DNA of 26,526 bases from a virus. Its lineage: Duplodnaviria > Caudoviricetes. The notes beneath the pieces are model-generated. The model was given only the letters and a program-made list of their open reading frames with translations. It ran no database searches and was not told the DNA's origin. The stretch's first letter is position 1. The number at the start of each line of letters is the position of its first letter. The stretch is from the IMG/VR virus record IMGVR_UViG_3300012942_000123, positions 1 through 26,526 of that record; one strand, written 5' to 3'. The position numbers and the translations under genes were made by a program. Shown in pieces: positions 17,214-24,018 of the stretch.

Positions 17214-20074
17214 CGGCCGGCGCGCTTCAGCATAAGTACGACCCTGAGAAGGCGCATGAGTACTACGAGCAGTATCGGAAGTTCAATCGCCAAAAGGGTC
17301 GGAAGAAGGGTCAAACCCCGGATCCTCAGCATAAGCAGCCGGGGAGCAAGAATTCGTCGAAGAATACATCGGGAAAGAAAAACCCAAAGAAACCATCGAC
17401 GTCAGAAGCAACGAAGCGGGCACAAGCCCGAGTCGGGAGGCTGAAGGCCAAAACCGCTAAGCTCGAAGGAGCACTCACTAAGGCTGAAGAAGCTCTGGTG
17501 AAGAAGCGAGCGTCTGAGGCGAAGACCAAGAGACAAAACTCCGATGGTAAGACAACCGCCAAGGAGAAGCAGTCTGAGAAGAAGTATCGGGATAAGAACA
17601 AAGCGAAGATCAAGGCTAAGGATAAGTCCGCTGCCAAGAAGTCTTCCGGAGGTTCTTCTTCTCGATCTTCCTCGTCTTCGTCCTCCTCTAATAGTCTTGA
17701 GAACATGAGTTCCTCTGATCTGATGGTTCGAATCAGTAAGATCAAAGGCCTCCTTCAAGACGCAAGAGCCCAACTATCTGCTGCACAGAAGAATCTCGGC
17801 TCACTCGCCCATTCAGACATCCTGGCATCGGAGCTCAAGTCAGGCGGATTTGTGCTCCATTCCACAATCAGCAGAAAGGAATCCGTCAAAATGACAGCGG
17901 ATTTTGGTGGTTACGCCACCCGAAACCAGGTGCAGTGCAGCGATGGGCGGACCATTCTGCCTGACGCTTTCAAGGACAACGACGGCACCATGGTTCCTCT
18001 GGTTTGGCAGCATGGCCACAACGACGTTGATAACGTCCTGGGCCACTGCAAGCTGGAGAACCGTGAGGACGGCGTTTACGCACACGCCTACTTCAATGAC
18101 ACCGTCAAGGGCCAGAACGCCAAGAAGATGGTCCAGCATGGTGATCTCAAGTTCCTCTCGATCTTCGCCAATCAGCTGGTCGAGAAGGCTGTGGGGGGTC
18201 TCAAGCACGTTGCGAAGGGTAACATTCGGGAGGTCAGCCTGGTGCTGGCTGGTGCAAACCCGGGTGCTTTCATCGACAACGTGAACCTCGTTCACAGCGA
18301 TGGCGGCTTCGACATCGATGTGTCCGAGGCAGTCATCAGTTATGTCGGCGACGGTTTCGACCTGGAGCTCGCGCATGCTGCTCCGGCTGCGACCGTCACT
18401 GACGAGGCCAAGAGCACGAGCGACTCTGGGGACGACAAGAGCCTCCAGGACGTGCTCGACACCCTCAACGAGGAGCAGACCATGGCGGTCGAGTATCTCC
18501 TCAGCCAGGCTCTCACGGTGGAGAGCGACGTCAAGCACAGCGACACCGACGAGAACTCCGTCACCACGTCTGAGGACGAGGATGAGGAGGGCTCTGACGA
18601 GGAGGCTTCGGCCGACTCTGAGAGCCAGGACGCTGGTACCGACACCGACACGGATGAGGGCTCTGAGGAGTCCAACTCCGACACCGACACGGACAAGGAC
18701 TCCGAGGGGTCTGACGCCGAAAACGAGGCTGGCGACGATGTCCAGCACGACAACATCAACTCCCAGGAGGACAACAGCATGTCGCACAACGTGTTCGACC
18801 AGGCGAAGAAGACCATGACCGCCACCGCCACTCCGCACGAGCAGACCAAGCTCGCCCACGCTGACGTCACCGGCATCATGCAGGACGTCGTCAGCAACAA
18901 GGGTTCGCTGAAGCGGGCGCTCCAGGACTACGCCCTGGCTCACGGCATCGAGAACATCGAGTACCTGTTCCCCGACGCCAAGACCCTCGACAACACCCCG
19001 AACTTCATCTCCCGCCGGATGGAGTGGGTGGACACCGTTCTCAACGCGGTCCGCAAGACCCCGTTCTCCCGCATCAAGACCATCCACGCGGACATCACCG
19101 CTGACGAGGCCCGGGCGAAGGGTTACATCAAGGGCAACATGAAGAACGAGGAGTTCTTCACCCTGATCAAGCGTGAGACCACGCCGCAGACCGTCTACAA
19201 GAAGCAGAAGCTGGACCGGGACGACGTCCTGGACATCACCGACCTCGATGTCGTGGCCTTCATGAAGGCCGAGATGAAGATCATGCTCGACGAGGAGATC
19301 GCTTCGGCCATCCTCATCGGTGACGGTCGCTCGAACGCTGACGAGGAGAAGGTCCGCGAGGACAAGATCCGCCCGATTGCTTCTGACTCGGAGCTCTACG
19401 TCACCACCGCCACCATCCCGCTGAACGCGGATGGCCGGCCGGACGCCGAGGCCATCGTGGACTCGGTCATCGAGAACCGCCGCTACTACAAGGGCACCGG
19501 TACCCCGACCTTCTTCACCTCCGAGGACGTCATCGGCGCGTTCCTCACGGTGAAGGACGGCTTCGGTCGCCGGATCTACTCCGACCTCAACGCGATCGCC
19601 ACCGTGCTTCGCGTGAGCTCGGTCGTCTCCGTCGAGGTCTTCAGCCGGGTGCCGGATGTCCTGGGCATCATGGTCAACCTGACTGACTACTCGATCGGTA
19701 CGGACCGCGGTGGCGAGGCCACCATGTTCGACGACTTCGACCTGGACTACAACAAGCTGCGCTACCTGCTCGAGACCCGTCTCTGCGGTGCGCTGACCCT
19801 GCCCAAGTCGGCGATCGTCTTCCGCTCGACCGCCAACACCAGCACCTCTGTCACCGCTGTCGCCCCGACGTTCGACGGTACCACCGTGACGGTTCCGACC
19901 GTTGACGGCGTGACCTACATGAACGCTGACACCAACGACACCCTCACCACGGGCTCCCCGGTCACCCTGGCCGCCGGCGAGACCCTGAACGTTCTCGCTG
20001 TCCCGGCGTCTGGCAAGTACTTCGCCAACAACGCCAACGACGAGTGGTCGTTCACCAACACCGCCCAGGCCTGA
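17210..20074 (+). CDS. Fusion ORF: Lys-rich N-terminal domain + HK97-type prohead protease + acidic scaffold + major capsid protein + C-terminal Ig-like domain
   Basis: ATGA overlap with the portal stop and no stop for 954 codons. Protease motifs PLVWQH, LSI and REVSLVLAGANPGA, then an acidic linker and a capsid region (LDEEIASAILIGDG, YLLETRLCGAL). Confidence 0.8.
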   Translation: MTAGALQHKYDPEKAHEYYEQYRKFNRQKGRKKGQTPDPQHKQPGSKNSSKNTSGKKNPKKPSTSEATKRAQARVGRLKAKTAKLEGALTKAEEALVKKRASEAKTKRQNSDGKTTAKEKQSEKKYRDKNKAKIKAKDKSAAKKSSGGSSSRSSSSSSSSNSLENMSSSDLMVRISKIKGLLQDARAQLSAAQKNLGSLAHSDILASELKSGGFVLHSTISRKESVKMTADFGGYATRNQVQCSDGRTILPDAFKDNDGTMVPLVWQHGHNDVDNVLGHCKLENREDGVYAHAYFNDTVKGQNAKKMVQHGDLKFLSIFANQLVEKAVGGLKHVAKGNIREVSLVLAGANPGAFIDNVNLVHSDGGFDIDVSEAVISYVGDGFDLELAHAAPAATVTDEAKSTSDSGDDKSLQDVLDTLNEEQTMAVEYLLSQALTVESDVKHSDTDENSVTTSEDEDEEGSDEEASADSESQDAGTDTDTDEGSEESNSDTDTDKDSEGSDAENEAGDDVQHDNINSQEDNSMSHNVFDQAKKTMTATATPHEQTKLAHADVTGIMQDVVSNKGSLKRALQDYALAHGIENIEYLFPDAKTLDNTPNFISRRMEWVDTVLNAVRKTPFSRIKTIHADITADEARAKGYIKGNMKNEEFFTLIKRETTPQTVYKKQKLDRDDVLDITDLDVVAFMKAEMKIMLDEEIASAILIGDGRSNADEEKVREDKIRPIASDSELYVTTATIPLNADGRPDAEAIVDSVIENRRYYKGTGTPTFFTSEDVIGAFLTVKDGFGRRIYSDLNAIATVLRVSSVVSVEVFSRVPDVLGIMVNLTDYSIGTDRGGEATMFDDFDLDYNKLRYLLETRLCGALTLPKSAIVFRSTANTSTSVTAVAPTFDGTTVTVPTVDGVTYMNADTNDTLTTGSPVTLAAGETLNVLAVPASGKYFANNANDEWSFTNTAQA
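17891..20074 (+). CDS. Protease-scaffold-capsid fusion from an internal in-frame start (MTADFGGY)
   Basis: SD AGAAAGGA at 17873-17880 and in-frame ATG at 17891, exactly at the start of the protease domain. Codon bias shifts here. Confidence 0.8.
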   Translation: MTADFGGYATRNQVQCSDGRTILPDAFKDNDGTMVPLVWQHGHNDVDNVLGHCKLENREDGVYAHAYFNDTVKGQNAKKMVQHGDLKFLSIFANQLVEKAVGGLKHVAKGNIREVSLVLAGANPGAFIDNVNLVHSDGGFDIDVSEAVISYVGDGFDLELAHAAPAATVTDEAKSTSDSGDDKSLQDVLDTLNEEQTMAVEYLLSQALTVESDVKHSDTDENSVTTSEDEDEEGSDEEASADSESQDAGTDTDTDEGSEESNSDTDTDKDSEGSDAENEAGDDVQHDNINSQEDNSMSHNVFDQAKKTMTATATPHEQTKLAHADVTGIMQDVVSNKGSLKRALQDYALAHGIENIEYLFPDAKTLDNTPNFISRRMEWVDTVLNAVRKTPFSRIKTIHADITADEARAKGYIKGNMKNEEFFTLIKRETTPQTVYKKQKLDRDDVLDITDLDVVAFMKAEMKIMLDEEIASAILIGDGRSNADEEKVREDKIRPIASDSELYVTTATIPLNADGRPDAEAIVDSVIENRRYYKGTGTPTFFTSEDVIGAFLTVKDGFGRRIYSDLNAIATVLRVSSVVSVEVFSRVPDVLGIMVNLTDYSIGTDRGGEATMFDDFDLDYNKLRYLLETRLCGALTLPKSAIVFRSTANTSTSVTAVAPTFDGTTVTVPTVDGVTYMNADTNDTLTTGSPVTLAAGETLNVLAVPASGKYFANNANDEWSFTNTAQA
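18779..20074 (+). CDS. Major capsid protein precursor from a second internal in-frame start (MSHNVFD)
   Basis: Perfect SD AGGAGG at 18765-18770, 8 nt before an in-frame ATG. Very strong GC3 bias downstream. Confidence 0.7.
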   Translation: MSHNVFDQAKKTMTATATPHEQTKLAHADVTGIMQDVVSNKGSLKRALQDYALAHGIENIEYLFPDAKTLDNTPNFISRRMEWVDTVLNAVRKTPFSRIKTIHADITADEARAKGYIKGNMKNEEFFTLIKRETTPQTVYKKQKLDRDDVLDITDLDVVAFMKAEMKIMLDEEIASAILIGDGRSNADEEKVREDKIRPIASDSELYVTTATIPLNADGRPDAEAIVDSVIENRRYYKGTGTPTFFTSEDVIGAFLTVKDGFGRRIYSDLNAIATVLRVSSVVSVEVFSRVPDVLGIMVNLTDYSIGTDRGGEATMFDDFDLDYNKLRYLLETRLCGALTLPKSAIVFRSTANTSTSVTAVAPTFDGTTVTVPTVDGVTYMNADTNDTLTTGSPVTLAAGETLNVLAVPASGKYFANNANDEWSFTNTAQA

Positions 20075-20083
20075 TAGATCAAA

Positions 20084-20425
20084 ATGGCACGCTTCTACGG
20101 CAAAGTGGGCTACGGCTCACAGGGCGAACTTGTCGGTGGTGTGTGGTCGGATAGCATCACAGAGCGGGCCTATTTCGGTGACATCCTCAATGAGACGCGG
20201 ACGTATGGCTCGTCCGACAAGGTCAACGATGACTTCCGGCTTTCGGAGCGGATCAGCATCGTTGCGGACGCGTTCGCATTGGGGAATTTCACCGACATCA
20301 AGTATGTAGAGCGGGCGGGGGTTCTCTGGGCGGTTACATCCGTCGAGGTTCAGAATCCCCGCCTGATTCTATCGTTGGGAGGTGTATACCATGGGCCGAC
20401 GGCTACAGCTGCAAACAATCCTTGA
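20084..20425 (+). CDS. Head-tail stopper/closure-like protein
   Basis: 113 aa, beta-rich, immediately after the capsid gene. Function inferred from position. Confidence 0.7.
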   Translation: MARFYGKVGYGSQGELVGGVWSDSITERAYFGDILNETRTYGSSDKVNDDFRLSERISIVADAFALGNFTDIKYVERAGVLWAVTSVEVQNPRLILSLGGVYHGPTATAANNP

Positions 20426-20696
20426 GGAAACTCTGGGTAGCGGCAACGTATACTTCCAACCATCCGATGATTCTCGCATGATCTATCCGTGCATCGTTTA
20501 TGAGCGCGATAATGCCTCGACGAAGCATGCTGACGACAAGCCTTACGCTTTTGCTCAGCGCTATCAGGTCACCCTCATCGACCACAATCCCGACAGTGAC
20601 GTCATCGATAAGCTCAATGCGCTTCCGCTTTGCGCCTTTAACCGTCACTTCGCGACGTCCGGTCTCAACCATGACGTCTTCGTGATCTACCACTAG
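20391..20696 (+). CDS. Tail terminator/completion-like protein
   Basis: SD GGAGGTG at 20378-20384 and ATG at 20391. NVYFQP..IYPCIVY motif. Precedes the major tail gene. Confidence 0.75.
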   Translation: MGRRLQLQTILEETLGSGNVYFQPSDDSRMIYPCIVYERDNASTKHADDKPYAFAQRYQVTLIDHNPDSDVIDKLNALPLCAFNRHFATSGLNHDVFVIYH

Positions 20697-20707
20697 GAGG
20701 AATCAGA

Positions 20708-21580
20708 ATGACCAAGCTCGCTTGGGACCAGACTGGGCAGCGGCTCTACGAGACCGGTGTCAGCAAGGGTGTCCTGTATGAGCCCGACAACGCCGGTCGA
20801 TACGCTTCGGGTGTGGCTTGGAACGGTCTGACGACCGTCACCGAGTCTCCCTCCGGTGCCGAGGCGACGGCGCTGTACGCCGACAACATCAAGTACCTCA
20901 ACCTCATCTCCGCCGAGGAGTTCGGTGCGACCATCGAGGCTTACACGTTCCCGGACGAGTTCGCCAAGTACGATGGCCTCGCTACCCCGGCGCCTGGTGT
21001 CTACGTGGGTCAGCAGAGCCGCAAGGCCTTTGGTCTGTCCTACCAGACCCGTCTCGGCAACGATGTCGACGGCTCGGACTTCGGCTACAAGATCCACCTG
21101 ATCTACAACGCCACCGCTGCTCCGTCGGAGAAGGCGTACGCTTCGGTCAACGACTCGCCTGAGGCCATCAGCTTCAGCTGGGAGCTGACCACCACGCCGA
21201 TCGACGCCGGCGACACCATGAAGCCGACCGCTCTCATCACGATCGACTCGACCAAGGTCGGCGCTGCTGGTCTGGCCGCCCTCGAGGACGCTCTGTACGG
21301 TACCGCTGGTTCCGACCCGCGTCTGCCCACTCCGGCCGAGGTGATCGCGTTCTTCTCTGGCGATGTCACCACGGTGACCCCGACCGCCCCGACTTACGAT
21401 GCGGCGACTCACACCATCACCATCCCGACCGTGAACGGCGTGGAGTACCGGATCGACGGCGAGGTTGTCACGGGCAACGTCGTCATCGACGAGGACACGA
21501 TCGTCGCGGCCAACCCGACTGCCGGCAACCAGTTCCCGGAGAACGTCGACTCCGATTGGGGCTTCGACTACACGGCCTGA
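20708..21580 (+). CDS. Major tail protein with C-terminal Ig-like domain
   Basis: SD AGGAGG and strong GC3 bias. WD..YETGV.KGVLY..AWNGLT..YADNIKY..TIEAYTFPDEF..GYKIHLIYNA pattern. Confidence 0.88.
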   Translation: MTKLAWDQTGQRLYETGVSKGVLYEPDNAGRYASGVAWNGLTTVTESPSGAEATALYADNIKYLNLISAEEFGATIEAYTFPDEFAKYDGLATPAPGVYVGQQSRKAFGLSYQTRLGNDVDGSDFGYKIHLIYNATAAPSEKAYASVNDSPEAISFSWELTTTPIDAGDTMKPTALITIDSTKVGAAGLAALEDALYGTAGSDPRLPTPAEVIAFFSGDVTTVTPTAPTYDAATHTITIPTVNGVEYRIDGEVVTGNVVIDEDTIVAANPTAGNQFPENVDSDWGFDYTA

Positions 21581-21607
21581 ACCGGCATCTAGAAAGGAAG
21601 ACAGGGA

Positions 21608-22171
21608 ATGCTTACCATTACGCTTCCCGCTGTGGGAGAAATGCCGGTATCGGACGATGTTGCAGAGTCCAACGTCGGCGCGATGCCTTACTCACCTGCC
21701 GTGAAGCTCGACTTTGAGCATTCCCTGTCTTCTCTTTCAAAATGGGAGGAGATTCATGAGCGCCCGTTCTTCGGACGAGAGCCTATGTCTCATGAACAGA
21801 CCCTCTCCTACATCAAGCAGATGCTTTTGACCAAAAATCCCCCGGAGGATTTTCTCAAAAGACTAACGCCAGATGACTTTGAGACCATCACTGCCTACAT
21901 TAACAGCAGGCATACTGCCACTACTTTTCGTGAGGAGCCTGGACAGAAAGGGTCTAGTGAGGTCATCACCAATGAGGTGATCTACCACTGGATGATTCAG
22001 TTCCAGATTCCCTGGGATGCTCAATACTGGCATCTCAATCGCTTGATGACCCTGATCAAGATCTGTGGAATCAAGCAGACCAAGCCTAAGAAGATGAGTC
22101 GACAGGCTCAAGCCGAAGAGTACCGACGCCTCAATGCAGAGCGTCGACGTCAGCTCGGCTCGTCCGGGTAG
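21608..22171 (+). CDS. Tail assembly chaperone-like protein
   Basis: Follows the major tail gene. LDFEHSL.SLSKWE..ITNEVIYHWM..WHLNRLMTLI. Role inferred from position. Confidence 0.65.
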   Translation: MLTITLPAVGEMPVSDDVAESNVGAMPYSPAVKLDFEHSLSSLSKWEEIHERPFFGREPMSHEQTLSYIKQMLLTKNPPEDFLKRLTPDDFETITAYINSRHTATTFREEPGQKGSSEVITNEVIYHWMIQFQIPWDAQYWHLNRLMTLIKICGIKQTKPKKMSRQAQAEEYRRLNAERRRQLGSSG

Positions 22172-22183
22172 AAAGGGGTAATT

Positions 22184-22819
22184 GTGACGCGATTGTCTTG
22201 GAACGCTACAGGTGAGCGATTCTTTGAGACCGGCCTAGACCGTGGCGTTCTCTACCCCAAAACCGGGACTCCGGTAGTGTGGAATGGCCTCACTGGTGTA
22301 GATGAGGATGGTGCTGATGGTGCCGTGGCTTACTACATCGACGGTAGGCCGTTTCTCTACCTTCCCTCGCCGAAGGAATACTCTGCTACCCTCAAGGCCT
22401 ACACCTTCCCCGATGAGTTCCTTGAGTTGATCGGGTTTGCTGAGGCCACCAGCGGCATGTATCTGGACTCTCAGATGGGCGACATGTTCGATCTGAGCTA
22501 TCGAACTTCGGTCGGTAACGATCTCGATGGTATCTCTCACGCATACAAGATCCATCTGATCTATAATGCCACCGCAACCCCAGCGGCCAAGTCTTATGAG
22601 TCTCTCAGTGACAGCATCAATCCCATCGAGCTTTCATTCGCACTCCAGGCCGTTCCGGTGAAGGTGACGGGCTTCCGACCCACAGCACATGTCATCATCG
22701 ATAGTCGAAGTGTTGCCCCAGCTAAGCTCTCCTCCCTCGAGGATGAACTCTATGGCACAGCGACGACGAATCCCAGTATTCCGACCGCACAGGCAGTCTT
22801 CGATCTGCTGTCTGCTTAG
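22184..22819 (+). CDS. Major tail protein paralogue 2
   Basis: Collinear similarity to 20708-21580 (FETGLDRGVLY, WNGLT, AYTFPDEF, YKIHLIYNA). No Ig-like tail. Confidence 0.85.
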   Translation: MTRLSWNATGERFFETGLDRGVLYPKTGTPVVWNGLTGVDEDGADGAVAYYIDGRPFLYLPSPKEYSATLKAYTFPDEFLELIGFAEATSGMYLDSQMGDMFDLSYRTSVGNDLDGISHAYKIHLIYNATATPAAKSYESLSDSINPIELSFALQAVPVKVTGFRPTAHVIIDSRSVAPAKLSSLEDELYGTATTNPSIPTAQAVFDLLSA

Positions 22820-22827
22820 GAGGGATA

Positions 22828-23625
22828 ATGCGTCTAGCATGGGGTTCTCCTACCGATCGATATTTTGAGTATGGACTAGATCGGGCTGTGCTGTATCTGT
22901 CGGATGGATCCGCGGTTCCTTGGTATGGACTCACAAGTCTCGAATCCGAGGGCGCTGAATCTGCTGTCGCTTACACGTTGGATGCACGACCAATCCTATA
23001 TTTGCCTCAACCCGGTGAGTTTTCTGCAACTCTGAAAGCCTATACATACCCAGACGAATTCACGGCCACCATGGGTGTTACCGAAGCAACGTCTGGGATG
23101 TATCTCGATAGTCAGATTGGGGATATTTTTCATCTTTGCTATCGTACGAGAATTGGCAACGGTGTTGATGAGGAAATCGGATACAAGATCCACATCATCT
23201 ACAACGCCACGATCTCACCTCAGACTCTGAGTTATGAGGTTTATGGGAGCAGTATCAACCCATCTGAATTCTCTTGGCAGATCCAGGCAGTTCCGGTTCG
23301 AGTGCCGAACTATCGACCGACGGCTCACATCGTCATTGATACTCGTCATATTCTTCCGGAGAAACTCACAGAGCTAGAGAACATGCTCTATGGTACAGAG
23401 ACTGATGATGCAACGCTTCCGTCAGCTTCGGACATATTTGATCTGATCAACTATGGTGACTCGATTATCATTCGTGACAATGGCGATGGTACTTGGACCG
23501 CAGAGGGCTCGAGTAAGAATGTCTACATGATTGGCGACGGCGTCTTCGAGATCGATAACGTGAATGCGACCATCCATGACGATGGGACGTTCGACATTAG
23601 CAGTACTAACGTCCCGAATTCTTAA
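22828..23625 (+). CDS. Major tail protein paralogue 3 with a distinct C-terminal extension
   Basis: FEYGLDRAVLY, AYTYPDEF and GYKIHIIYNA motifs. Extension contains DNGDGTW and DDGTF hairpins. Confidence 0.85.
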   Translation: MRLAWGSPTDRYFEYGLDRAVLYLSDGSAVPWYGLTSLESEGAESAVAYTLDARPILYLPQPGEFSATLKAYTYPDEFTATMGVTEATSGMYLDSQIGDIFHLCYRTRIGNGVDEEIGYKIHIIYNATISPQTLSYEVYGSSINPSEFSWQIQAVPVRVPNYRPTAHIVIDTRHILPEKLTELENMLYGTETDDATLPSASDIFDLINYGDSIIIRDNGDGTWTAEGSSKNVYMIGDGVFEIDNVNATIHDDGTFDISSTNVPNS

Positions 23626-23634
23626 GGAGTAGTG

Positions 23635-24018
23635 ATGGTAGTCCGACTCACGCTGGGCGGGTCGACGGCCAAGACACAAGCTTGGCTTAAGCGAATGCAG
23701 AGTGCGAATCTATATTCGGACCTGGAACGACTCGCTGAGCGCGGGGTCGCCGCCCTTGAAGCAGCAACACCCAAAGATACCGGTCTTACAGCATCTTCTT
23801 GGAGCTATGAGATCGAGAACTCGGGTGGGAAGACCACCATCTACTGGCTCAACAGCAACAAAACTGACACCGGCATTCCCATCGCCATCTTGCTCCAGTA
23901 TGGACACGGTACTGGGACAGGAGGTTACGTTCAGGGCCGAGACTACATCAACCCCGCAATCCAATCCGTCATGGATGAGATTGCCAACGACGTCTGGAAG
24001 AAGGTGACCATAGGATGA
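23635..24018 (+). CDS. HK97 gp10-like tail/neck component
   Basis: TPKDTGLTASSW and LQYGHGT..GRDYINPA motifs. SD AGGAG favours ATG 23635 over GTG 23632. Confidence 0.75.
   Translation: MVVRLTLGGSTAKTQAWLKRMQSANLYSDLERLAERGVAALEAATPKDTGLTASSWSYEIENSGGKTTIYWLNSNKTDTGIPIAILLQYGHGTGTGGYVQGRDYINPAIQSVMDEIANDVWKKVTIG

Noticed and set aside
18131-18210. VQH-G and LKH-V inside the protease domain as cleavage sites
   Set aside because: They match the motif but lie in a predicted folded domain, so they were not counted as evidence. They could be chance or autolysis sites.
17840-19087. 415-aa minus-strand ORF
   Set aside because: Mirror of the highly biased protease/scaffold/capsid codons.
21608-22183. 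Programmed frameshift in the tail assembly chaperone
   Set aside because: No convincing slippery heptamer near the 3' end and no overlapping extension ORF. The next gene is a tail-tube paralogue with its own SD.
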